Source of the DNA: Bacteroidaceae bacterium
Lineage (GTDB): Bacteria; Bacteroidota; Bacteroidia; Bacteroidales; Bacteroidaceae
NCBI GenBank assembly: GCA_045612925.1
Contig: JAZKZX010000060.1
Coordinates: forward strand, 25,866-89,865
Direction of reading: 5' to 3'
Length of the DNA: 64,000 nt
Under the pieces are notes generated by a model. That model was not told the DNA's origin, made no database searches, and saw nothing but the letters and a program-made list of their open reading frames with translations. How positions within the stretch are numbered: position 1 is the stretch's first letter; every line of letters begins with the position of its first letter. A program made the position numbers and the translations under genes. Below are positions 10,239 to 18,502 of the stretch, piece by piece.

Positions 10239-10318
10239 AGCCCTTTGAACTACAAATTTGAACGGAATACAGACCTATTGTTATAGCTGCGCCCCCTCGA
10301 TTGGATTTATCATCGCCA

Positions 10319-10972
10319 TCAAAGCTCGATGGTGTAGCATACCTCTTCGTCGCGGCAGGCATCGAGGTTGATGCCTACGCGCTCGGCTACAAAGGCGTGG
10401 TCGTGCTCGCACACCCAACTGTAGTATTCGTCCATATCCCATTGGGCGGCGTCATCATCATCCCAGTCCTCTTCATAGAGTCTGTCATAGATGGATCGGT
10501 TGTCTTCCGCATCGGCATTCTCGTCTTCCTCTTTCGCGTCGGCGTCTTCATCTTCTTCCTCTTCTTCCTCATTGAGCTCCTCATCGTAGAATGCTGAACA
10601 GAAGCGACAATCGAAGGTCTCTTCCTCTTCTTCCTTCTTCACTGGGGTGTAGAGCCCGTTGCGCACATCCTCCTTGATGGCTTCGTCGAGGCACTCGTCG
10701 AGGCATTCGTTGTAGGCTTCGTAGAGCCAATACTCTTCGACCATGTAGTAGAACTTCTCTTCCAACTGCTCGTGCAGGGGCTCGAGCACTGTGGTGCCCT
10801 GGGCGATAGCCTTGGTAATGTCTTCGCAGGTGATCTTCTCCTTTCCAATCTGGCGGAGCGCCTCTAACTGTGCGTCGTCGACCTCGACTTCGATGTTCTG
10901 TTCACTGCCGTGTCCGTGTCCGCTACAGCTATAGCCGTAGAAGGCTTCTAATAATACTTTAATCTTTGTCAT
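10319..10972 (-). CDS. 217-aa extremely acidic protein, function unknown.
   Basis: The track ORF was trimmed to the ATG at 10972 (MTKIKVLLEAF...). Contains runs such as KKEEEEETF and NEEEEEEDEDADAKEEDENADAED. Lies directly downstream of the PfkB gene. Confidence 0.65.
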   Translation of the reverse strand: MTKIKVLLEAFYGYSCSGHGHGSEQNIEVEVDDAQLEALRQIGKEKITCEDITKAIAQGTTVLEPLHEQLEEKFYYMVEEYWLYEAYNECLDECLDEAIKEDVRNGLYTPVKKEEEEETFDCRFCSAFYDEELNEEEEEEDEDADAKEEDENADAEDNRSIYDRLYEEDWDDDDAAQWDMDEYYSWVCEHDHAFVAERVGINLDACRDEEVCYTIEL

Positions 10973-11040
10973 ATATAAAGATAGATAAATGTGAGGGTTT
11001 AATATGTAGATGTCAGTGTGTGTGGGTGTCGTCGGCTTTT

Positions 11041-11973
11041 TCAGCCCTGCTCGGCATCGATCATGCCCTTGCTGCTGAGGTAGGAGACGGAGCGCGAGGC
11101 AGTGAGGGTGGCCTCGGACAAGCACTCGTGGATGACGGGGACGGTCATCTGGTCGAGGGTGAGGAGGTCGCGCTGGCAGAGGGAGGCGATGAACTGGCTG
11201 GTGGTCCAGTCGCCAGCGCCCTCGGTGTCGACGACATGCGCGTTGGGGATGGGGGCGACCTTGACCCAGCCCTGCCCGCGGAGGTTGAACTCGAGGCCTT
11301 CGGCACCCAGGGTGCGGATGAGGAGTTTGTCGGTGCAGCGGTCGGCAAAGGTGAGGTCGCTGACCTTCTCGTGGCTAAACTTGATGATGTCGCTCACCAT
11401 GACGCCCTTGAGGAAGCGCTGCTGGGGGGCATCGCTCTCGGGCTCGAAGTAGATGAGCGTGCCTCGCTGGCGCAGCTCGCTGGCAAGGTAGCGGAGACCT
11501 GCCTCGGAGGCATCGAAGAAGAAGATGTCGGGCGTGAAGTCGAGCGCAGCCATGAAGCGTGGGGCCTCGTCGCGCACACGGAGGAAGCGGCGCTTGGGAA
11601 AGCGGCTCCCTGGCGAGGTGGCTCGAAACGAGGTGGTGGGGGTGCCGGTGAGTCTGTCGCGCTTGTGGGTGCAGCGCATGAGGGTGGTGCCACCGCTCTC
11701 GCTATTCTCGACGAAGCGTATGTCGGCTCCGTAGCGGCGGAGGTCGTCCCTGATCTGTAGACCCTGAGCAGAGAGGTCGAGGTGGGCGATGGGGTAGGTG
11801 GCTACTCCCAGGTAGGGGAGCATGCAACTGACGTTGCCGCAGGTGTTGCCCACACACTCGGTGACGATGGTCTCGGTGAAGGGGTTGCGGCTACCAATGA
11901 CGAATCCCTGGGGATAGTCGCGGGTGACGATGGTGTCGAGGGCGAAGTTGCCACTCAAAAGGCAGGTTTTCAT
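11041..11973 (-). CDS. PfkB/ribokinase-family sugar or nucleoside kinase.
   Basis: Trimmed to the ATG at 11973, which lies 34 nt below a -7 box. C-terminal PfkB signature VVDTEGAGDWTTS. GNxxGN-like motif CVGNTCGNVSC near the N-terminus. Confidence 0.75.
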   Translation of the reverse strand: MKTCLLSGNFALDTIVTRDYPQGFVIGSRNPFTETIVTECVGNTCGNVSCMLPYLGVATYPIAHLDLSAQGLQIRDDLRRYGADIRFVENSESGGTTLMRCTHKRDRLTGTPTTSFRATSPGSRFPKRRFLRVRDEAPRFMAALDFTPDIFFFDASEAGLRYLASELRQRGTLIYFEPESDAPQQRFLKGVMVSDIIKFSHEKVSDLTFADRCTDKLLIRTLGAEGLEFNLRGQGWVKVAPIPNAHVVDTEGAGDWTTSQFIASLCQRDLLTLDQMTVPVIHECLSEATLTASRSVSYLSSKGMIDAEQG

Positions 11974-11999
11974 GTGTATATTCTGTTTGTGTACGGAGG

Positions 12000-12044
12000 C
12001 AAAGATAGTGAAAATATTTAACATAGGTCGTGAATCTTGTACAC
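12000..12044 (-). promoter_or_regulatory. Island promoter copy 2.
   Basis: GTGTACAAGATTCAC (12044-12030), then 22 nt, then TATCTTTG (12007-12000). The box starts 3 nt after the stop of the preceding WG-repeat gene. Confidence 0.75.
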
Positions 12045-12047
12045 TAC

Positions 12048-12764
12048 CTATAAGAATATGCCTGAATGGTAAAGGAAGGCTTGATTGATGTCTTCGGTGA
12101 ACTGACCCTTGGAGTCGATGTAGCCCCACTGACCGTGAAGGTTGACCTTGATCCAACCGAGGTGCTGGGGGATGTGTATCTCATCGTAGATGGGTGGAAG
12201 GGGTAGGGCGGTGCCGTATAGACCTACTTTGCCGTCCTTGCGTAGCTCGATGTAGGGGGTGCCAGGGTGTGCGTCGAGGCTGTCGTAGACGGGGGTAAGT
12301 AGCTCTATGTATCTCTGATTGCCGTTGAGTGAGAGCAGGCCTACCTTTCCGTCGCGACGGAAGGAACAGAGGTCGATGATCTCGGCATAGGGTTCGATGA
12401 CATCGCAGACGAAGGGGTACATCTCCGTGCCTAGGCCATCGGCCTTGACGATGCCATACTTGTTGCCACAGCGGGCGATGTAGATTAAGGTGGTGCCAAC
12501 GCTATCGATGAGGCGGAGCTCGTCGTAGAGGGGTGCGACCAACTCGACATCGAACAGGGCGTGGTACACACCGTAGCGTCCGTCGTGCTCAAATACTTCG
12601 GCATATGAAGCGATGTTGCGATAGTGCCATGCCTCATTCTCGAGTCGGATGCGTGTGTCGTCATCGTGCTCGGCTGTTTCAAACTTGAGCATCAGTTCGT
12701 TGAGGCTCTCACGGGTAAGTGGGCGCAACTCCTCGATGGGGTTGCCAAACATGTCGAGGTACAT
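12048..12764 (-). CDS. WG-repeat-containing protein.
   Basis: Repeated units of the type KYGIVKADG, GKVGLLSLNG, GKVGLYG and GQWGYIDSKGQF, which are typical of WG/KWG beta-repeats. Confidence 0.7.
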   Translation of the reverse strand: MYLDMFGNPIEELRPLTRESLNELMLKFETAEHDDDTRIRLENEAWHYRNIASYAEVFEHDGRYGVYHALFDVELVAPLYDELRLIDSVGTTLIYIARCGNKYGIVKADGLGTEMYPFVCDVIEPYAEIIDLCSFRRDGKVGLLSLNGNQRYIELLTPVYDSLDAHPGTPYIELRKDGKVGLYGTALPLPPIYDEIHIPQHLGWIKVNLHGQWGYIDSKGQFTEDINQAFLYHSGIFL

Positions 12765-12865
12765 AGGGGGGTGATAATTAGGAGTTAGGGATTAGGAGTT
12801 AGGGAGAATGCTTGTTTGCTGCATCCTTTCATCTTAAAGCGTTAGTCTGTAATCGTTAGCATCGT

Positions 12866-14566
12866 TCATCTAAATCCTACGACGGGGTGTTTGCGTTGGA
12901 TATGTTCGAGGGACTCGCTATCACAGTAGGTACGCAGGGTGTCGAGCGAGGCCGACTGGTCGTAGAGGATGTAGTCGACCATGCGCTTGCGGGCGATGTT
13001 CTCGATCTGGCCACCGCTGAGACTGTATTCCGAGGCGAGCGAGTAGGCCTCGTCGGTGCTGAGGGTGGGGATCATGGATTGCCAGATGCTCTGGCGTGCC
13101 TCGAGGCTGGGACGGGCAAACTCCACCTTGTAGAGGAAGCGGCGCTCGAAGGCTTTGTCCATGTTGCTGGTGAGGTTGGTGGTGGCGATGAGGATGCCGT
13201 CGAGTTGCTCCATCTCTTCGAGGATGATGTTTTGCAGGGCGTTCTCCATCTTGTCGACACTGCGGGAGACGTGCTCCATGCGGGTGCCGATGATGGCATC
13301 GGCCTCGTTGAATAGCAGGATGGGAGCCTTGCTGCTCTTGGCGCACAGCTTGCGGTAGCGTTTGAAGAGCTTCTTGACGTTCTGCTCCGACTCGCCCACC
13401 CACTTGCTCTTGATGTCGGTGATGTTGACCTGCATGATGTCGCGCCCCGTGGCCTTGGCCAGCTGGAGGGCGGTCTCGGTTTTGCCCGTGCCCGGAGCTC
13501 CGAAGAAGAGGCAGGCGAAGCCCCTGCGCATGCCGCTCTCGGCGAGGCGGTGCTGAATGGCCTCGAACTGTTCGGGCTGGAGCAGCTGGCACAGCTTGTC
13601 GATGGCCTCGCGCTCGGTGGGGTTGTAGTACATGGACTTACCGACGATGTCCTTATGGCTCAGTAGACCGGCACAGTGGTCCAGCGTGTCGTCGGTCTCC
13701 CAAGCGAGGCCGAGCTCCTCGGAGAGCTGCTGGCGCACCTCGGAGGAGGGGGCTATGGAGTTGGAGCTTCCCATGAGGTCGGACTGGCTGTGGTATTCGA
13801 GGAGCGCCCCCTGGAGCAGGGGATTGGTGCCCGAGCTGATGCCCGAACTGATGTGCCCCCATGACCTGCGCTCGAAGAGAAAGCGGTATTGGTTGCTGAC
13901 GATGCGGGTGTCGCCACTGTTGACATACTCCCTGCAGCAGTAGAGGAAGAGGACCTGATCGTCGAGGCGGTGCTGAGCGATGCACTTGCACACGCTCAGC
14001 GTGCCATTCTTCTGGATGAGGCTGTTGAGTTCGCCATGGAGCTCCTTTGCCTCCATCAGCTTGTCGTCGCACTGGGTGAAAAGGTCGTCGATGCGCTCGA
14101 AGAACTCTGCTAGGGAGAGCCCCTCGTCTGTGGGGGGGATGTACTCGACATTCCTCATGTAAGCCTGTGCGGCAGCGGGGATGACGACGTACTGGATCTC
14201 ACCATCCATGTCCTTGACCTTACGGACGATGCGGCGATCGACCAGCTCGCCTATCTCGGGCATGTGGGTGATCATGTGCATGTTGCGTGTGTCGAGGTAG
14301 TGGGCCATGTTCTTCGTGCTGAGCGGACCTGCATGGTCGATGAGCATGGCTATGACCATTGACTGCAGTGGGGTAAACTGCAGGCGCTCCTCGAGGAGAG
14401 CGAAGGCCTCCTGTGCATTGGTCAGCGACTCGGGGTCGAGACTGCAGCCTCTGGACTCGATGAGCACTGTCTCCAATGCAGCGATGAGGGTGTCCTTACC
14501 GCTGACAACCTCTGTGGCAGCGATGTCGGTGGCGGATCTGGTGGTTCTTAATCTTCTTAGTCCCAT
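12866..14566 (-). CDS. AAA+ ATPase (classic AAA clade) with a winged-helix-like N-terminal region.
   Basis: Walker A FFGAPGTGKTETA. Walker B ILLFNEADAI. Second region of homology ATTNLTSNMDKAFERRF. Confidence 0.85.
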   Translation of the reverse strand: MGLRRLRTTRSATDIAATEVVSGKDTLIAALETVLIESRGCSLDPESLTNAQEAFALLEERLQFTPLQSMVIAMLIDHAGPLSTKNMAHYLDTRNMHMITHMPEIGELVDRRIVRKVKDMDGEIQYVVIPAAAQAYMRNVEYIPPTDEGLSLAEFFERIDDLFTQCDDKLMEAKELHGELNSLIQKNGTLSVCKCIAQHRLDDQVLFLYCCREYVNSGDTRIVSNQYRFLFERRSWGHISSGISSGTNPLLQGALLEYHSQSDLMGSSNSIAPSSEVRQQLSEELGLAWETDDTLDHCAGLLSHKDIVGKSMYYNPTEREAIDKLCQLLQPEQFEAIQHRLAESGMRRGFACLFFGAPGTGKTETALQLAKATGRDIMQVNITDIKSKWVGESEQNVKKLFKRYRKLCAKSSKAPILLFNEADAIIGTRMEHVSRSVDKMENALQNIILEEMEQLDGILIATTNLTSNMDKAFERRFLYKVEFARPSLEARQSIWQSMIPTLSTDEAYSLASEYSLSGGQIENIARKRMVDYILYDQSASLDTLRTYCDSESLEHIQRKHPVVGFR

Positions 14567-14687
14567 AGTTAGAGCATTTTAGTGTTTAGAGTTTAGTGTT
14601 TAGTGAGTCATCCGGATGGAAGCCAATAGCTAACAGTCAGCAACCAACCGACAAGTACCGTGTGTAGGGGAGGAGCACCCTGCTTAT

Positions 14688-15404
14688 TCAAAAGTTGGGG
14701 CGGAAGTTGTACCACCACTTGTCCTGGTCTTCGTCGCTGAGGGGCTCAGCGAGGAACTGGCCATCGCCGCTGATGTATCCCCAGGTGTCACCGAGGCGTA
14801 CGTGTACATTGTCATTCTCGTCGGGCTCCATCTCATCGTAGATGGGAGCTACATAGCTTCCATGCAGTGTGCAGAGACCATACTTGCCCTCGTTCTCGAG
14901 CATTACGATGTGGTTGAACGGCTCGTAGATGGTATCTACCATGGTGGGGAGGAGCTCGGTGCCGTCGGGGCGGAGGATGGTGGCCTTGCTGCCGCGGTGG
15001 ACGATGAAGTGGTCGGTCCAGGGGCAGAAGGTGATGTAGTCGTAGATGAAGTCGCAGATGGGTTTGCCACTGCCGTCGGCGTTTACGATGGCATACTTAT
15101 CCTCCCCGTTCATGACGGGCACGGGGAGCTCGCGCCAGTGGTCGTAGCGGTAGCGGGCGCCAATGGCCTTGTACAGCGCGGGGATGCGCACCTGGCCAGT
15201 GATGTCCTTGAGGCCCGTGAGACCGTTCTCGGTGAACTCCTGGTCGAAGAGGTCGTACTCGTCATGTAGCGCCTCCATCTTCTCGATGTACTCGTTGGCG
15301 AGGTTGAAGTCACCGTTGCGCATAGCTGCGTTCATCTCTGCGTTGTAGGTGGTGAACTTGTTGATGATCTCAGCGGTGGGGAGGTTTTTGCTCTTCTGTG
15401 TCAT
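14688..15404 (-). CDS. 238-aa WG-repeat-like protein, paralog of 18647..19366.
   Basis: Shares long identical runs with the paralog (FDQEFTENGLTGL, VDTIYEPFNHI, VHVRLGDTWGYIS). First gene after island promoter copy 3. Confidence 0.75.
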   Translation of the reverse strand: MTQKSKNLPTAEIINKFTTYNAEMNAAMRNGDFNLANEYIEKMEALHDEYDLFDQEFTENGLTGLKDITGQVRIPALYKAIGARYRYDHWRELPVPVMNGEDKYAIVNADGSGKPICDFIYDYITFCPWTDHFIVHRGSKATILRPDGTELLPTMVDTIYEPFNHIVMLENEGKYGLCTLHGSYVAPIYDEMEPDENDNVHVRLGDTWGYISGDGQFLAEPLSDEDQDKWWYNFRPNF

Positions 15405-15455
15405 AGCAGTAAAGACTTTAAGGTTAATGTATACGTGTTTTCAACTTTCACGCTG

Positions 15456-15500
15456 CAAAGTAAAAGCTTTTTCCCCAGAAAGGCTGTGAAACCTGTACAC
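15456..15500 (-). promoter_or_regulatory. Island promoter copy 3.
   Basis: GTGTACAGGTTTCAC (15500-15486), then 22 nt, then TTACTTTG (15463-15456). ATG at 15404. Confidence 0.7.
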
Positions 15501-15628
15501 GGCCGAATAATGTGTTAATTTTGTGTTAAGTAGATGGACGGATTTGGAAATCTCGGATTTTTGTTATAATATTTGTAAACACATAGCACAGCAATAAATC
15601 TTTATCCATCCTATTAATATATTTGATT

Positions 15629-16324
15629 ATGGAAAGACCGACTTATCCTTTAGACAGACGAGTGCTTGAAATCATTATTCATGATTTAGGTATGGAATCT
15701 AAGGTCTGCCTTGACGCAGAATCTAAAGCTTCTTCGTCAACATATGATGAAATCGCTATAATCATAGCAAATAAAGCGTGGGCATATATGTCAAGGCCGG
15801 GTGATAAACGTACCGAAGAGTATAATCCGTTGGATAGAATCACTTGGGAACGAATTTTTGGACAATTATCATCCAAGTCAAAATGTAGCATTAGAACACT
15901 TCAGCAGATAGCGCATGCTTTAGAATATCGCAACTGGGATGATTTGATGAAATGTATAGAAGACGACTATCATAATATAATTGAGAGGGGAATAGGTAGA
16001 GGACATTATGCATCTAGGATAAGTGTATCATCTAATAGATGTCACAAAATTAGTGAGGGTGACAAAGTGGATATAATTTGGGATAAATACCATAGAGGAA
16101 TCGCAAGAGCAGAATTGACATATCTTGGAAATAATCGTTATCGTGTGGACGATAGAGAAAATTGTAAACTTGAGCCAGGAGACGAGTTTATTTGTAAGGA
16201 TTATATGTTGCCATCTTTGTACTTTACTAATATAATAAGAGGGGGTGAGTCTATAGGCACGTACCATGGTGAGGGAATGTTTAAGAGGATTATCATTCAT
16301 AGGAATGGTGAACTCATAAAGTAG
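15629..16324 (+). CDS. 231-aa protein of unknown function, paralog of 19679..20416; candidate regulator.
   Basis: ATG at 15629; the track starts at a TTG six nt earlier. Shared N-terminus PTYPLDRRVLEII. Divergent from a box-bearing promoter. Low G+C. Confidence 0.7.
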   Translation: MERPTYPLDRRVLEIIIHDLGMESKVCLDAESKASSSTYDEIAIIIANKAWAYMSRPGDKRTEEYNPLDRITWERIFGQLSSKSKCSIRTLQQIAHALEYRNWDDLMKCIEDDYHNIIERGIGRGHYASRISVSSNRCHKISEGDKVDIIWDKYHRGIARAELTYLGNNRYRVDDRENCKLEPGDEFICKDYMLPSLYFTNIIRGGESIGTYHGEGMFKRIIIHRNGELIK

Positions 16325-16417
16325 TGTGCGAAGGATTCACAGGAATAGTAATTATCGACAAAAAAGATAAATAACGAGAGCAAACGATACGTTTTGTCAT
16401 ATGTTATGGTTCTGCCT

Positions 16418-16445
16418 CGCCCCCTTGAAGAGGGGGTGTGCTTTT
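16418..16445. terminator. Hairpin terminator between convergent genes.
   Basis: CGCCCCCT (16418-16425), loop TGAAG, AGGGGGTG (16431-16438), followed by CTTTT. Confidence 0.6.
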
Positions 16446-16504
16446 AAGTTAGTCCTTCCGTGATTAAAATGTAATATATACCCTTTCTTACCAATCTGTC
16501 TGCT

Positions 16505-16978
16505 TTACCCCTCTACTTCCTCTGAAGGGGTGTCTGATGGTTTCTGTATCAATGGTTTGATAGCTTGGTATATGTCGCGCAGGTCGATGTGGCGAAACTC
16601 GGAGGTGAGCCTGCGGGCACATGTCCAGCTCATGCTCTTGAAGGCTATACGGGGACATTGGGAGTCGGGTACATAGAGGTATAGCTCTCCCTTCGCTTGA
16701 TCCCATACGAGGGCCTCTTCATCGAGGTATTTTGTGTAGAGGGATGAGGCTAAGACGGCGCTCTTCAAGGAGAGAACCTTGATGCCGTCCTCGGTCTCGC
16801 CATGGCTATAGCGTGATGAAATGACGGGGCATAACTCAGCATAGCCACGCTCGTCGCATTGGGATGTCTTGAAGGCGTCCTCGAGGTAGGATGTGTCCAA
16901 TACGGCGGGATAGAGAGGGCGGTCTTTATTTTCCTCTATCATTGCCAAAAATTCTTTCTTGAGTGATTCGATGTCCAT
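16505..16978 (-). CDS. 157-aa hypothetical protein, last gene of the Sel1 operon.
   Basis: Complete ORF, 24 nt downstream of the 103-aa gene. No recognisable motif. Confidence 0.6.
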   Translation of the reverse strand: MDIESLKKEFLAMIEENKDRPLYPAVLDTSYLEDAFKTSQCDERGYAELCPVISSRYSHGETEDGIKVLSLKSAVLASSLYTKYLDEEALVWDQAKGELYLYVPDSQCPRIAFKSMSWTCARRLTSEFRHIDLRDIYQAIKPLIQKPSDTPSEEVEG

Positions 16979-17002
16979 AATTGTAGAGATGGTTAAGGTG
17001 GA

Positions 17003-17314
17003 TTAAGAAAGGTAATGCTTTACCAATCGCTCGATATATTCCTCGTTGGGGACTCGCTTGCCCGATTCGTCAAGCATAGTAATATCCTCTGCCAAATGAT
17101 GATATTCGCAGGGCGTTGTGTTCACTGGACGGCCATCGCTGTCTCTATAGACTGTGCCATCGTCATTCAGGTCGAATCCCGATTCTGCCAGAGTGCGAAC
17201 CTCTACTATGGACTCATCGGAAAAATCGATATGAAAGAGTTCGTCGGGATTGTAGCCATTACAACGAAGATGATCTTTGATGTAGTAACACACGTAGTCA
17301 AAGCTATATTCCAT
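17003..17314 (-). CDS. 103-aa hypothetical protein.
   Basis: Complete ORF, 18 nt downstream of the Sel1 gene stop. No recognisable motif. Confidence 0.55.
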   Translation of the reverse strand: MEYSFDYVCYYIKDHLRCNGYNPDELFHIDFSDESIVEVRTLAESGFDLNDDGTVYRDSDGRPVNTTPCEYHHLAEDITMLDESGKRVPNEEYIERLVKHYLS

Positions 17315-17332
17315 TGATATATTTATATAATG

Positions 17333-18223
17333 TTAATTGTTTGTTCTTATTTCTGCTTCTCTTTCAACGGCTAATCGCTCGAGCGAGGCTTTGGCCTCTT
17401 CGTCGCCCCGCTCGGCGGCTTGCTGGTACCAGTGGATGGCTTGCTCGAGGTCTTCGGCAACGCCATAGCCATTTTCGTAGCAATAGCCAAGCATCTCCAT
17501 GGCATTCTCGTCGTCTTGCTCGGCTGCGAGACGGAAGAGTTCTACGGCTCGCTCATCGTCTTCCTCTACGATGTCGCCATCGAAGTAGAGGGTGCCAAGG
17601 GTGAATAGGGCGTCGGCATCGCCCTGATCGGCGGCTTGGCGGTACCAATAGATGGCTTGCTCTCCGTCCTTCTCGACCCCCAAGCCCTCTTCGTAACAGG
17701 TGCCGAGGTGGTACTGGGCATAAACATCGCCTTGCTCGGCGGCTTGCCGGTACCAATATGCTGCTTGCTCATCGTCTTGCTCGACGCCCTCGCCGTTTTT
17801 GTAGAGACTGGCAAGGAGTGTCTGGGCAAACTTGTTACCTTGCTCGGCTGCGAGTCGGTACCAGTGGGCGGCTTGAGTATCGTCCTGCTCTACCACCTTG
17901 CCTTCTAAGTAGTATGAGGCTATGCGTCTTTGGGACTCGGCAAATCCCTGCTCTGCTGACTTGCGAAACCAGAGGTATGCTTGCTTGGGGTTGGGCTCGC
18001 CGTCATAGCCCTTCTCGTACCATACGCCCAGGGCGCACTCGCCACGGGCATTGCCCTGCTCTGCTGACAGGGTGAAGTAGTGATGGGCCTTGGCGAGGTC
18101 TTTCTCTGTGTCAATGCCATTGGCATAGCGTAGTCCAAGTTCGCACTGAGCAGCTGCATCGCCCTGCTCGGCTAATGCCTGCAGCTCCTGGAGGGTGGGA
18201 GTGTTTTCGTTGGGGTGTGTCAT
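17333..18223 (-). CDS. Sel1-like repeat (SLR/TPR-family) protein.
   Basis: About seven tandem units of the type AAEQGnaxAqxxLGxxYexGxGVexDxxqAxxWYrxAA. A -7 box TACATTTG (complement of 18247-18254) lies 24 nt before the ATG. Confidence 0.85.
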   Translation of the reverse strand: MTHPNENTPTLQELQALAEQGDAAAQCELGLRYANGIDTEKDLAKAHHYFTLSAEQGNARGECALGVWYEKGYDGEPNPKQAYLWFRKSAEQGFAESQRRIASYYLEGKVVEQDDTQAAHWYRLAAEQGNKFAQTLLASLYKNGEGVEQDDEQAAYWYRQAAEQGDVYAQYHLGTCYEEGLGVEKDGEQAIYWYRQAADQGDADALFTLGTLYFDGDIVEEDDERAVELFRLAAEQDDENAMEMLGYCYENGYGVAEDLEQAIHWYQQAAERGDEEAKASLERLAVEREAEIRTNN

Positions 18224-18302
18224 AGTTGTTGTTCTTAATAGTGATGCAAATGTACGGGATTAGTTTGTTAAATGCAAGTGTATGTGGGTGTTGTCAGCTT
18301 TT

Positions 18303-18400
18303 TCAGCTCTGCTCGGCTTCAATCATGCCCTTGCTGCTGAGGTCGGAGGCTGAGCATGAGGCAGTGGGCGTAGTATCGGCCAAGAGCTCGTGGAGGATGG
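18303..18400 (-). pseudogene. 3' remnant of a second PfkB-kinase gene.
   Basis: About 125 nt (18278-18400) align with 11016-11140. They encode ...TASCSASDLSSKGMIEAEQS*, compared with ...TASRSVSYLSSKGMIDAEQG* in the intact gene. The same 3' flank GTGGGTGT.GTC.GCTTTTTCA is present. Confidence 0.7.
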
Positions 18401-18502
18401 CTATGACCCATCTGAGGATTTTTCTCTTGAATCTTTTCATAAATGAATGTCTCTTTGGGTTATTGTTAGTTGTAGGAGATGGACAATGAGCGATGAACTT
18501 GT

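Noticed and set aside
11974-12156. Upstream extensions of the PfkB ORF (to 12156) and of the acidic-protein ORF (10973-11125).
   Set aside because: The extensions run through the -7 box and 15-nt box of the promoter, or through the preceding gene's 3' end. Internal ATGs at 11973 and 10972 give sensible N-termini.
14132-14138. A G7 homopolymer inside the AAA+ ATPase coding sequence, considered as a phase-variation tract.
   Set aside because: The tract is short and encodes a plausible Pro-Pro. Nothing in the sequence indicates slippage.
16326-16340. A possible seventh island box, GTGCGAAGGATTCAC.
   Set aside because: It matches only 12 of 15 positions. No TAnnTTTG box lies 22 nt downstream, and no gene follows on that strand. 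I treat it as a relic and discuss it under the shared-junction finding, not as a promoter.
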